This document shows, one piece after another, positions 1-9,699 of a stretch of 32,000 bases of DNA. Each line of letters opens with the position of its first letter. The stretch's first letter is position 1. Below the pieces are notes generated by a model. The model saw only the letters and a list, made by a program, of their open reading frames with translations, was not told where the DNA came from and made no database searches. Source of the DNA: Candidatus Saccharimonadota bacterium (GTDB lineage: Bacteria > Pseudomonadota > Gammaproteobacteria > Enterobacterales > Enterobacteriaceae); the NCBI RefSeq assembly GCF_012571795.1, contig NZ_CP046222.1:90819-122818 (forward strand), read 5' to 3'. The position numbers were made by a program, and so were the translations under genes.

Positions 1-57
1 ATATTTATAATAAACATAAATTATATTTAAATTATAATATAATATATATTATTTTAA

Positions 58-882
58 TTATACATATAATGTAGCATGTTTAAAATTAATAACTATATTT
101 TTTAATTTTTTGAATAAATATTCAGGATTATGTTGATACTTATTAATTTTATTAATAATAAATGATCCGACTATGACTCCTTTAACACCATTTTTAATAG
201 CTTGTTTAATATAATCAGTATTATAAATACCAAATCCTTGTACTGGTACAGATTTATGATATTTAAATATCTTTTTACATATTTGTTTTGTAGATAATAA
301 ATCATTATTTTTTATATTATATCCAGTAATACCAGATCTAGAAACTACATAAATGTATGCACATTGAAATAACACTATTTGATTCCAAAAATTATTATCA
401 GCATTAGGCGGGCATAATAAAACTGGTAATATATTATATTTTTTAGAAAATTGATAATATATTTTATATTCTATTAAAGGAATATCTACTATTAATATAG
501 AATCAATGCCAGCATTATAAGCTTGTTTATAAAAATCATTTATTCCATAGGAACAAATGATATTAGCATATATTAAAATGCCAATTGGTATATTTATATA
601 TTTTTTTCTAATTTGTTTAATAATTTTAAAACACATAATAATATTTATGTTTAATTTTAATACTCTATTATAAGATTTCTGAATAATTAATCCATCAGCT
701 ATTGGATCAGAAAATGGTATACCTAATTCTAATGCATCAGCACCATTATTAATTAATATATCAATAATATGCATAAATATAGTTATTGATGGATCTCCTA
801 TAGTAACAAAAGGTATAAAAGCAACTTCTTTTTTTTTTTTTAATATTTTAAACATATTATTATAGCGATTATTCATATGCAT
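58..882 (-). CDS. trpA: tryptophan synthase alpha subunit
   Basis: The 274-aa ORF aligns with E. coli TrpA as recalled: MNNRYNNMFKILKKKKEVAFIPFVTIGDP and ELGIPFSDPIADG. It is the last gene in canonical trp operon order. A GGAG Shine-Dalgarno lies about 10 nt upstream of the ATG at 882. The ATG at 876 matches the E. coli N-terminus slightly better, so the start is uncertain by 2 codons. Confidence 0.95.
   Translation of the reverse strand: MHMNNRYNNMFKILKKKKEVAFIPFVTIGDPSITIFMHIIDILINNGADALELGIPFSDPIADGLIIQKSYNRVLKLNINIIMCFKIIKQIRKKYINIPIGILIYANIICSYGINDFYKQAYNAGIDSILIVDIPLIEYKIYYQFSKKYNILPVLLCPPNADNNFWNQIVLFQCAYIYVVSRSGITGYNIKNNDLLSTKQICKKIFKYHKSVPVQGFGIYNTDYIKQAIKNGVKGVIVGSFIINKINKYQHNPEYLFKKLKNIVINFKHATLYV
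829..841 (-). repeat. 13-nt homopolymer (T13 on plus strand, A13 on the trpA coding strand) encoding KKKK
   Basis: Counted directly: positions 829-841 are all T. The tract lies in frame in the 5' part of trpA (FKILKKKKEVAF). Confidence 0.95.
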
Positions 883-898
883 GTGCTAACTTCTCCAT

Positions 899-2077
899 TT
901 AAGATATATAATTATGTACTATATTAGTATCTTTATCACCTCTACCAGAGAGATTGACTACTAATATTTGTTTTTTTTTAATATCTCTTTGTATAATTTT
1001 TAAAGCATAAGCTAATGCATGTGATGATTCTAATGCAGGGATAATGCCTTCTTTTTTACACAAAATTTTAAAAGCTTGTACTGCTTCATTATCAGTAACA
1101 GTTACATATTTTACTTGTTTCGTATGATATAAATATGCATGTTCAGGACCAACTGCAGGGAAATCTAATCCTGCTGAAATAGAATATGAATTTAAAATCT
1201 GGTGATCTTTATTTTGTAAAATATTAGTTTTCATACCAAAATATATTCCCTTTGTGCCATGTGTTATTGCAGCACCATGTTTATTGGTATGAATACCCAT
1301 ACCTCCAGGTTCTACACCAATTAATTGTATAGATTTATTTTTTAAAAAATGTGAAAAAAAACCAATAGCATTAGAACCACCACCTACACATGCAATCATT
1401 ATATTAGGTAATTTATTTTCTAATAAGATTATTTCTTTTTTTATTTCTTTACTAATAATACTTTGAAATGTATGTACCATAGTAGGATATGGATGTGGTC
1501 CAGCAGCTGTTCCTATAAGATAATGACTATGTTCATAATTATTTGACCAATAACGTATAGCTTCATTACATGCATCTTTAAGTGTACTATTAGGTGATTT
1601 TACTTCAATTATTTTAGCACCTATCAGTTTAATTTTAATAACATTATCATTTTGTCTTTTTATATCTTTACTACCCATAAAAATTTTGCATTTTAGACCT
1701 AACAAAGCTGAAACTATAGCAGTTGCTATACCATGTTGTCCCGCACCAGTTTCAGCTATAATTTCTTTTTTACCCATATTTTTTGCTATTAATGCTTGTG
1801 CTAATGCTTGATTTATTTTATGTGAACCACTATGTAATAAATCTTCTCTTTTTAAATAAAGAGTTGTATTTGTTCCCATAGTTAAATTTTTACATAATGT
1901 TAATGGACTTGGACGTCCTACATAATTAGTTAATAATGTGTGTAATTGTTTATTAAAATTAGGATCTTGTTTATATTTCATAAAAGCTTCTTCTAATTTT
2001 AATAAAGTTGGGACTAGTATTTGTGGCACAAACATTCCGCCAAATTTTCCAAAATAGCTGGGCATTAAAGTTTTCAT
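899..2077 (-). CDS. trpB: tryptophan synthase beta subunit
   Basis: The 392-aa ORF carries the PLP-lysine context [15 protein letters not shown] and the GGGSNAIG motif. Similarity to E. coli TrpB is strong end to end. It lies immediately upstream of trpA. Confidence 0.97.
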   Translation of the reverse strand: MKTLMPSYFGKFGGMFVPQILVPTLLKLEEAFMKYKQDPNFNKQLHTLLTNYVGRPSPLTLCKNLTMGTNTTLYLKREDLLHSGSHKINQALAQALIAKNMGKKEIIAETGAGQHGIATAIVSALLGLKCKIFMGSKDIKRQNDNVIKIKLIGAKIIEVKSPNSTLKDACNEAIRYWSNNYEHSHYLIGTAAGPHPYPTMVHTFQSIISKEIKKEIILLENKLPNIMIACVGGGSNAIGFFSHFLKNKSIQLIGVEPGGMGIHTNKHGAAITHGTKGIYFGMKTNILQNKDHQILNSYSISAGLDFPAVGPEHAYLYHTKQVKYVTVTDNEAVQAFKILCKKEGIIPALESSHALAYALKIIQRDIKKKQILVVNLSGRGDKDTNIVHNYIS

Positions 2078-2113
2078 TTTATTTACCTCATATAAATAAT
2101 ATGATATTACATA

Positions 2114-3493
2114 TTAATTATTACGTATTTTTTGAAACAACTTTTTTATTTTTATATGATCTTTAATACCAGGTTGTGTTTCTACACCTGAATTAAAATC
2201 TAATCCATAACAATTAATATTTTTTGCTATACTATAATTATGAATATTTAAACCTCCAGCTAGTAAAATATTATTAGTATTTATATTTTTTAATAAATTC
2301 CAGTTAAAAGATTTGCCTTGTCCAGATATATAATAATCATATACAAATAAATCTATATTAAAAAAATTATTTTTAGGAATAAAATTATTTATTTTATATG
2401 TTTTCCAAATTTTTATTTTTGACGAAATTTTCTTTTTTAAATGATTAATAAAATTTTGGTCTTCATTTCCATGTAATTGTAATCCATATAATGGTATAAG
2501 TTTAGTAATACGTAATATATCTGCTATAGAATTATTACAAAATACACCAATATATAATAAATTAGGTATATTATATATAATATGTTTTGCATATATAGAT
2601 TTAATATATCTAATAGATTGTTTTGTAAATATTAAACCACCAAAAACACTACCATATTTATCAGAAATCATAGCATCTTCAATAGTTCTTAATCCACAGA
2701 CTTTATTATTACCAAAAATTATTTTTTTTATGCTTAATAAAATATTATTTTGAGAGGTAATAGCTGAGCCTATTAAAAAACCATTAACTATTTTATTTAA
2801 TTGATTAATTTGCATATGATTGTTAATACCTGAAGCACTAATAATAATAGTATTTTTAGGAATATAATTTTTATATATACTTAATATATTTTTTGTTGTG
2901 TTAATATTAACAGTAAAATTATTTAAATTTCTATTATTAATACTAATAATTTTAGCTTGTAAATTAATAGCTCTTTTGAATTCTTGAATATTATTAACTT
3001 CTGTCAGAATACCCATATTTAATTTATGAGCAATATTAGATAATATATTATATTGTTCATCATTAATAATAGATAATATTAATAATATAGCATCTGCACC
3101 ATGTAATCTTGCAAAATATATTTGATATGAACTAATAATGAAATCTTTACATATAATTGGTTGTGATACTATATTTCTAACTACCTTAATATAATTAAAA
3201 TTACCTTGAAAATATTTTTCATCTGTAATAATAGAAATTGCTGTAGAATATTTTTGATATATATTAACTAAATTAATAATATCAAAATTTTTACAAATTA
3301 TTCCTTTAGTTGGAGAAGCTTTTTTACATTCTAGAATAAATATTTTTTTTGTACATTTTAATATTTTATAAAAATTAAATTGTGTTTTTTGAATATTTTG
3401 TTTAATATATTCTATAGATATTTTTTTTTTGTGTATATCTATCCACATAATTTTATCTTTTATAATTTTTGTTAAAATATTGATATTAGACAT
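2114..3493 (-). CDS. trpC: bifunctional indole-3-glycerol-phosphate synthase / phosphoribosylanthranilate isomerase
   Basis: The 459-aa ORF has ILECKKASPTKG and ITDEKYFQG in the IGPS half. The PRAI half has NKVCGL and LQLHGNE. This is the same fused architecture as E. coli TrpC(F). Confidence 0.95.
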   Translation of the reverse strand: MSNINILTKIIKDKIMWIDIHKKKISIEYIKQNIQKTQFNFYKILKCTKKIFILECKKASPTKGIICKNFDIINLVNIYQKYSTAISIITDEKYFQGNFNYIKVVRNIVSQPIICKDFIISSYQIYFARLHGADAILLILSIINDEQYNILSNIAHKLNMGILTEVNNIQEFKRAINLQAKIISINNRNLNNFTVNINTTKNILSIYKNYIPKNTIIISASGINNHMQINQLNKIVNGFLIGSAITSQNNILLSIKKIIFGNNKVCGLRTIEDAMISDKYGSVFGGLIFTKQSIRYIKSIYAKHIIYNIPNLLYIGVFCNNSIADILRITKLIPLYGLQLHGNEDQNFINHLKKKISSKIKIWKTYKINNFIPKNNFFNIDLFVYDYYISGQGKSFNWNLLKNINTNNILLAGGLNIHNYSIAKNINCYGLDFNSGVETQPGIKDHIKIKKLFQKIRNN

Positions 3494-4529
3494 AATGGTT
3501 TTTTATATATCCTTGATTTATTAACTCAGCAATATAATTATAACTTGATCCTGAGTATATTTGATCTATTGCTAATCTAGTATTGGCAATTAAATTGTCA
3601 TAACCATTTAATTTTAATAAAAATGCAACATTAGCAGCTACAGTATTTATATAACTAATATTTTGACACTGTCCTTTTAATAATTGTATAAGTTTTTTAG
3701 TATTATCTTTAATTGATATGCCTATTAAGTCTTTAATAGAAATATAATTTAATCCAAAAGACTTAGGTGTTAATATATAATTATGAATTTTTTGATTATA
3801 TAATTCAAAAACAATAGTATCATTATGTAAAGAAATTTCATCCATACCTCTACAATATACAACTGCTGCTCTATAATATTGTAAATATTTTAGCGTATAA
3901 ATCATTGGTTTTAAGAGTCTAGGATCAGATACACCTATTAAAATTATTTTAGGTTGGAATGGATTAATTAATGGACCTACTATATTAAAAATAGTATATG
4001 TTTTTAATTGTTTTCTCACTGCCATAATATCAGAAAAAAAACTATAATATTTTTGTGCAAATAAAAAACATAAATTATAATTATTTAATAATTTTTGTGC
4101 ATCTATAAAAGAATGATTTAATGGATAACCTAATAAAGATATAATATCAGCAGAACCAGCAGTACTAGATACACAAGAATTTATATGTTTTGCAATTTTA
4201 ATACCACATGATGCTGCAATAAAAGCACTACTTGTAGAAATATTTAAAGTATGTAGATTATCTCCGCCAGTACCAACAATATCTGAAATAATATTTTTTG
4301 ATGATGTTATATTGTATATTTTACTATTTGTATAATTACGAATAGTATTAACAGCTCCTATAATTTCTTCTGTATGTATACCTTTCATTTTTAGTGAAAT
4401 TAAAATAGCTACTAACTGACTATGATTAACTTTTTTATTTATAATCATAGAAAATATGTGACTAATTTCTTTTTTAGATAAATGACGAAAATTATATAAT
4501 TTATTTAAAATATTTTGTAAAATTAACAT
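3486..4529 (-). CDS. trpD: anthranilate phosphoribosyltransferase
   Basis: The 347-aa ORF carries the GTGGD motif (IVGTGGDNLHTLNIST). It overlaps the trpC start by 8 nt and is a separate gene, not fused to trpG. Confidence 0.93.
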   Translation of the reverse strand: MLILQNILNKLYNFRHLSKKEISHIFSMIINKKVNHSQLVAILISLKMKGIHTEEIIGAVNTIRNYTNSKIYNITSSKNIISDIVGTGGDNLHTLNISTSSAFIAASCGIKIAKHINSCVSSTAGSADIISLLGYPLNHSFIDAQKLLNNYNLCFLFAQKYYSFFSDIMAVRKQLKTYTIFNIVGPLINPFQPKIILIGVSDPRLLKPMIYTLKYLQYYRAAVVYCRGMDEISLHNDTIVFELYNQKIHNYILTPKSFGLNYISIKDLIGISIKDNTKKLIQLLKGQCQNISYINTVAANVAFLLKLNGYDNLIANTRLAIDQIYSGSSYNYIAELINQGYIKNHYV

Positions 4530-4551
4530 TATTATGTTCTTATATTAAAAA

Positions 4552-5130
4552 TTAATTTAATATCCAGGAAATAGTTTGTTGTAATAGTATATGTCCATAG
4601 GGTGTTAAAATAGATTCTGGATGAAATTGATATCCACATATATTATCTGCTTTATATCTAAAGCTCATAATAATATTATTAAATGTAGAATTAATAATAA
4701 AATTATATGGTATATTTTTTGCTATTAAAGAATGATATCTTGCAACATACATAGGATTAGGAATATTAGAAAACATAAATTGATTATCATGTATAATAGG
4801 TGATGCTTGACCATGTAATATATTATGAGAAACAACAATATCACCACCATATAATTTGATAATAGCTTGATACCCTAAGCATATACCAATAATAGGTATT
4901 TTTTTTATTAAAATTTTTAATAAACCGAACATATTTCCAGCTTTATGTGGCATGCCAGGACCAGGGGATAATATTAAAATAGGATTATTAATTTTACTAA
5001 TTATTTTTAATAAAAAATTAATTGGGAGATTATTTCTATATACAACAATACTATGTCCTAATAATCGTAATTGATCTACTAGATTGTATGTAAAAGAATC
5101 AAAATTATCTAATATAAATATATTTGACAT
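4552..5130 (-). CDS. trpG: anthranilate synthase component II (glutamine amidotransferase)
   Basis: The 192-aa ORF is a class-I GATase with the catalytic Cys context GICLGYQAI and the His/Glu context QFHPES. It sits between trpE and trpD. Confidence 0.93.
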   Translation of the reverse strand: MSNIFILDNFDSFTYNLVDQLRLLGHSIVVYRNNLPINFLLKIISKINNPILILSPGPGMPHKAGNMFGLLKILIKKIPIIGICLGYQAIIKLYGGDIVVSHNILHGQASPIIHDNQFMFSNIPNPMYVARYHSLIAKNIPYNFIINSTFNNIIMSFRYKADNICGYQFHPESILTPYGHILLQQTISWILN

Positions 5131-5155
5131 TTAAATAAATTAATCCTCTTAATTT

Positions 5156-6709
5156 TTAAGTAGTGTAAGTTATTGCATTTAATACCGCTTTTGCCTTATT
5201 AAAACTCTCATGAACTTCTAATAATGGTTGTGAATTTAAAACTATACCTGCTCCTGCTTGTATAATAGCTATTTTATTTTGTATATAAGCAGAACGTATA
5301 ATAATACATGTATCTAAATCTCCATTAGCTGTTAAATATCCTATAGAACCTCCATAACTACCGCGTTTTTGATTTTCTACATAAGAAATAATTTCCATAG
5401 CACGAATTTTAGGTGCGCCAGTTAACGTACCCATATTCATACATGCACGGTAAGCATGTAAAGCATCTAAATTATTTTTTAAAATACCTACTACTCGTGA
5501 AACTAAATGCATAACATATTTATAACGATCTACTTTAGTTAGATCAGCAACATACCTACTACCTGGTATACATATTTTAGCTAAATCATTTCTTGCTAAA
5601 TCAACAAGCATTAAATGTTCTGATAACTCTTTTTGATCAGTTCTCATTTCTAATTCTATTTTATTATCTAAATCTAAATCTAATTTTCCATTAATAAATC
5701 CTCTAGATCTAGTTCCAGCTATTGGATAAATTTCAATTTCTCTAGTATATGCATTAAACTTTAATGAACTTTCAGGTGAGGCACCAAATAAGATAAAATC
5801 TTGATCTTGCATATAAAACATATATGGACTTGGATTAATTTCTCGTAATACTTTATACGATTTTAAAGGATTTGCACATTTTATATAAAATTTTCTAGAA
5901 GGAACTACTTGAAAAATTTCACCTAATTTTATTTTACTCTGCATTTTTTCTATAATTTTATAAAATACGTTATCATTATAATTACATGTATAAAATATTT
6001 TATTCAAATTATTATTTGTTAATTTAAATAAATGTTTAATAGATGAAATTTGTTGATCAAGTTTGTTAATTCTAGTATATAATCTATTATATTCTTTTTT
6101 ATTAGGTACATACAGACTACTTTGTATTTGTGATACTTTTTGTTTATGATCTACAATTAATAATGTTTCAGCAAGATAAAAACAATAATCAGGACATACT
6201 GGTTTTTGATTAATTTTGGGTAATTTTTCAAAATTATATATTAAATCATAAGAAAAAAATCCTCCTAAAAACATTGCATATTTTTGATTTAAAGGTATTT
6301 CAATTAATTTTAAAATATATCTTAATATATCTAAAACAGATAATTCTGTTAAACGTGTATCTTCATCTAAATATTGTTTATAAGATTGTCTTGGTAAGAT
6401 TAATAATCTATGATTAGTAGTTTTTTTATTTAAAATATTTTTAGGTAAATTATTATCTAATAATAGCAATAATTGATTACCATTATCCGTATATGAATCA
6501 ATATTAACAATATTATTTAATGCTTCAATTCTTAAACTGCTATCAATAATCAATAAGCTTTTTAAATGATTCTTACTAATTATATCTACTGATTCTAATA
6601 ATAAAGTATTAATTTTATCATGACATATGTTGTTAAAAATATTTATAAGATTTTTATTATATATAATGTTTTTTTTTATAATTTGTAATATAGGTTTTTT
6701 TTTAAACAT
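5156..6709 (-). CDS. trpE: anthranilate synthase component I
   Basis: The 517-aa ORF has the chorismate-binding C-terminal half (GTLTGAPKIRAMEII, GGSIGYL). The N-terminal LLLESVDI block matches the Trp feedback-site motif LLES of enteric TrpE. Confidence 0.95.
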   Translation of the reverse strand: MFKKKPILQIIKKNIIYNKNLINIFNNICHDKINTLLLESVDIISKNHLKSLLIIDSSLRIEALNNIVNIDSYTDNGNQLLLLLDNNLPKNILNKKTTNHRLLILPRQSYKQYLDEDTRLTELSVLDILRYILKLIEIPLNQKYAMFLGGFFSYDLIYNFEKLPKINQKPVCPDYCFYLAETLLIVDHKQKVSQIQSSLYVPNKKEYNRLYTRINKLDQQISSIKHLFKLTNNNLNKIFYTCNYNDNVFYKIIEKMQSKIKLGEIFQVVPSRKFYIKCANPLKSYKVLREINPSPYMFYMQDQDFILFGASPESSLKFNAYTREIEIYPIAGTRSRGFINGKLDLDLDNKIELEMRTDQKELSEHLMLVDLARNDLAKICIPGSRYVADLTKVDRYKYVMHLVSRVVGILKNNLDALHAYRACMNMGTLTGAPKIRAMEIISYVENQKRGSYGGSIGYLTANGDLDTCIIIRSAYIQNKIAIIQAGAGIVLNSQPLLEVHESFNKAKAVLNAITYTT

Positions 6710-6882
6710 ATTTATATTGTTAAAATAATAATTTTGGTATATATATTGTAAAATTATTATTAATTAATTTTATATAAATATATACTAAACAATTTTATTA
6801 ATATTGTCATATTATTTTATAAATAATTATGTATTTTAAATATCTTTTATTATATAAATATCAAATATTATTGCATAAAAAT

Positions 6883-7926
6883 TTATATATTAAATAAAAA
6901 ATGTATTATATCGCTATCTCTAATAATATAATTTTTACCTTCTATTTTTATTTTACCAGCTTTTTTAATTTTATACTCACTTTTATAAAATATATAATCT
7001 TCATAAGATATAACTTTTGCTCTAATAAAACCCTTTTGAATATCACTATGAATTTTTTTAGCTGCATAAAATGCTGTTGTACCTTTAACGATACTCCATG
7101 CTTTTACTTCTTTAATACCAACAGTATAAAATTTATGTAAATTTAATAAATTAAAACTATATTGTATAATATCAATTAAATATTTATTTTGTAATTTTAT
7201 ATTAGATAAATTTTTATTTAATATTAATTTAACATCTAATTTAATTGTTAAAAATTTTTTAGAAATATTATTAAATTGATTTAATAAAATATTATTTTGA
7301 TAAAAATTATCATCTATATTTGCAACAATCATTACTGGTTTAATAGTTAACATTTTAAATTTTTTTAAAAGTATCACTTCTTCAATATGAAAATTAACTT
7401 TATTTAATAATTGATTATTATTTAAATATATTAAACATTTTTTTAATAAATTTATCTGTATATTTTGTATAGTTTTTTTATTATTTAATAATTTTAATAT
7501 TAAATTTTTACATAAACATATATCAAACTGTATAAGTTCATGAAAAATAATATTTATATCTGTATCTGGATTATTAGAAGATAAATTTAATATTTCATTA
7601 TTATTAAAAAATTTTACTACATGTAATATTGCATCAACTTCAGATATATAGGATAAAAATTGATTGCCTAATCCTTCTCCCTTAGAAGCACCTTGAATTA
7701 AACCTGCAATATCAACAAAAGTTACTGTAGTTTGTGTAATTTTGCGTGTTTTAATTAATGAACCTAATTTTATTAATTTTAGATCTGGTACAGGCACAAT
7801 ACTTGTATTTGGTTTAATAGTACAAAAAGGATAATTTAATGCATCTACATTAGAATTTGTTAATAAATTAAATAAAGTTGACTTGCCTATATTAGGTAAT
7901 CCTATAATCCCACATTTTAAACTCAT
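6883..7926 (-). CDS. ychF: ribosome-binding ATPase YchF
   Basis: The 347-aa ORF has the G1 motif GLPNIGKSTLFN. The C-terminal TGS-like block KEVKAWSIVKGTTAFYAAKKIHSDIQKGFIRA matches E. coli YchF. The conserved ychF-pth adjacency is present. Confidence 0.93.
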   Translation of the reverse strand: MSLKCGIIGLPNIGKSTLFNLLTNSNVDALNYPFCTIKPNTSIVPVPDLKLIKLGSLIKTRKITQTTVTFVDIAGLIQGASKGEGLGNQFLSYISEVDAILHVVKFFNNNEILNLSSNNPDTDINIIFHELIQFDICLCKNLILKLLNNKKTIQNIQINLLKKCLIYLNNNQLLNKVNFHIEEVILLKKFKMLTIKPVMIVANIDDNFYQNNILLNQFNNISKKFLTIKLDVKLILNKNLSNIKLQNKYLIDIIQYSFNLLNLHKFYTVGIKEVKAWSIVKGTTAFYAAKKIHSDIQKGFIRAKVISYEDYIFYKSEYKIKKAGKIKIEGKNYIIRDSDIIHFLFNI

Positions 7927-7929
7927 ATT

Positions 7930-8514
7930 TTAATCCATAATTTTTTTATGTAAAAAATTCATAGCTAAATTATAATTGTTTGTATTAATTAAAATATCTA
8001 TAGCATATAAACTTCTTTGAAGTGCTAAATTAATATTTTTTATTTCATTTATATTTGGTTTATTTAATACAAAATTATTTATTTTATTTTTATTATTTGG
8101 TTTACCAATACCTATTCTTAATCTATAAAATGATGAATGTTTAAAAACATTAATAATACTTTGTACTCCATTATGTCCACCACTACTACCACCATATTTA
8201 AATTTTGCAATACCTGGTAATAAGTCTAATTCATCATGTATTACTAAAATATTCTCTAAATTAATTTTATAAAAATTAGTGATATAAAATATAGATTTAC
8301 CAGAATTATTTATAAAATCATCTGGTATAAATAAAATAATATTATGTTTAGTAATCTTCCCAATATAACCTGATAAGGTATTACTTTTTTTAATATTTAC
8401 ATTAAATTTCTTAGATATTTGATAAATATAATCTGAACCTATATTATGTCTTGAACCTATATATTGATTACCAATATTGCCTAACCCAATAATTATTTTG
8501 ATATTATTATTCAT
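7930..8514 (-). CDS. pth: peptidyl-tRNA hydrolase
   Basis: The 194-aa ORF has GLGNIGNQYIGSRHNIG and GGHNGVQSI motifs typical of bacterial Pth. Confidence 0.93.
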   Translation of the reverse strand: MNNNIKIIIGLGNIGNQYIGSRHNIGSDYIYQISKKFNVNIKKSNTLSGYIGKITKHNIILFIPDDFINNSGKSIFYITNFYKINLENILVIHDELDLLPGIAKFKYGGSSGGHNGVQSIINVFKHSSFYRLRIGIGKPNNKNKINNFVLNKPNINEIKNINLALQRSLYAIDILINTNNYNLAMNFLHKKIMD

Positions 8515-8540
8515 TATAATATTATATCCTTACAGAATAT

Positions 8541-9503
8541 TTATTCAGATATATTTTTTTTAAACATCATAGATAATGATTCTTCATTATTCAAACGTCG
8601 AATAGCTTCTGCTAATGTCATTGATAATGTTAATGTTTTTATATTATTAAGTTTTTTTATTTGTTTAGATAAAGGTATACTATCACATACAATTATTTCA
8701 TCTATTAATGAATTATTAATATTATTAATTACATTGCCAGAAAAAATTGGATGTGTAATATAAGCATAAACATGTTTAGCATTATTTTGTTTTAAAATAT
8801 TTGCTGCTTGACATAAAGTTCCACCTGTATCAATTATATCATCTACTAAAATGCAATCTCTATTATTAATATCACCGATAACATTCATAATTTCTGTAAC
8901 ATTTGGTTTAGGTCTTCTTTTATCTATAATAGCTATATCAGTTCCAGAAAATAATTTTTCTGCTAAAGTTCTAGCACGAACTACACCGCCAATATCTGGA
9001 GATACAACAATAGGATTTTCTAATTTTTTTTTATATATATCTTGTAAAAAAATAGAATTGCTTAATATATTATCAACTGGAATATTAAAAAAACCTTGAA
9101 TTTGTTCAGCATGTAAATCTACAGTTAATATTCTGTTTACTCCAACATTAGATAAAAATTCTGCTATTACTTTAGCAGTAATTGGCACTCTAGCAGAACA
9201 TATTCTACGATCTTGTCTAGAATATCCAAAATAAGGAATAATAGCTGTAATTCTGCCAGCAGAAGCTCTTTTAAAAGCATCAATCATAATTATTAATTCA
9301 ATTAAATTATCATTAGTAGGATAACATGTTGATTGAATAATATAGATATCATCTCCACGTACATTTTCATTAATTTGTACTGATATTTCTCCATCACTAA
9401 ATTTACCAACAAAAATATTACCAAGATTCATATATAAAGCATGTGCTATTTTTTGTGATAATATAGGTATAGAATTACCAGCAAATAATTTCATATTAAA
9501 CAT
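8541..9503 (-). CDS. prs: ribose-phosphate pyrophosphokinase (PRPP synthetase)
   Basis: The 320-aa ORF is very similar to E. coli Prs ([11 protein letters not shown]; PRPP loop [13 protein letters not shown]). The E. coli-like N-terminus MKLFAGN begins at the second ATG (9494), so the start is uncertain by 3 codons. Confidence 0.96.
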   Translation of the reverse strand: MFNMKLFAGNSIPILSQKIAHALYMNLGNIFVGKFSDGEISVQINENVRGDDIYIIQSTCYPTNDNLIELIIMIDAFKRASAGRITAIIPYFGYSRQDRRICSARVPITAKVIAEFLSNVGVNRILTVDLHAEQIQGFFNIPVDNILSNSIFLQDIYKKKLENPIVVSPDIGGVVRARTLAEKLFSGTDIAIIDKRRPKPNVTEIMNVIGDINNRDCILVDDIIDTGGTLCQAANILKQNNAKHVYAYITHPIFSGNVINNINNSLIDEIIVCDSIPLSKQIKKLNNIKTLTLSMTLAEAIRRLNNEESLSMMFKKNISE

Positions 9504-9699
9504 ATTATTTCCTATAAAAATAATTCATAATTATGTATTATATAAAATACTTTTTAAATATATATATATTTTATAAAAAAGTAAAAAAATATATTGGTTA
9601 TATTTTTTTTATGTATATAATTTATATATTCTAATAAATTTAACAATTAATTAAATTGCATAATTTATATTAATTATTAAATATATAATAATATTACAT

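Noticed and set aside
6710-6882. Possible trp leader peptide upstream of trpE (8-codon mini-ORF, MTILIKLF, on the minus strand).
   Set aside because: It has no Trp codons, no alternative hairpins and no ribosome-binding site. It is a chance mini-ORF.
6901-7140. 79-aa plus-strand ORF inside ychF. The same class applies to 8851-9099 (+, inside prs), 15265-15456 (-, pheS/pheT), 17837-18148 (-, ribE) and 21047-21268 (+, mdtK).
   Set aside because: Each is fully antisense to a strongly supported conserved gene. Their products are low-complexity and Phe/Ile/Leu-rich, as expected from reading the complement of Lys/Asn/Ile-rich genes, and they have no recognisable homology. They are chance open frames in AT-rich DNA.
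9504-9699. Strand switch (all genes minus to the left, all plus to the right for about 10 kb each) considered as a possible replication origin.
   Set aside because: The divergent prs/prfA arrangement is inherited from the enteric ancestor. There are no DnaA-box-like 9-mers (TTATCCACA or its complement) in the spacer, and gene orientation becomes mixed again after 19.8 kb. I could not compute GC skew by hand. A cumulative skew plot on the whole genome would settle this.
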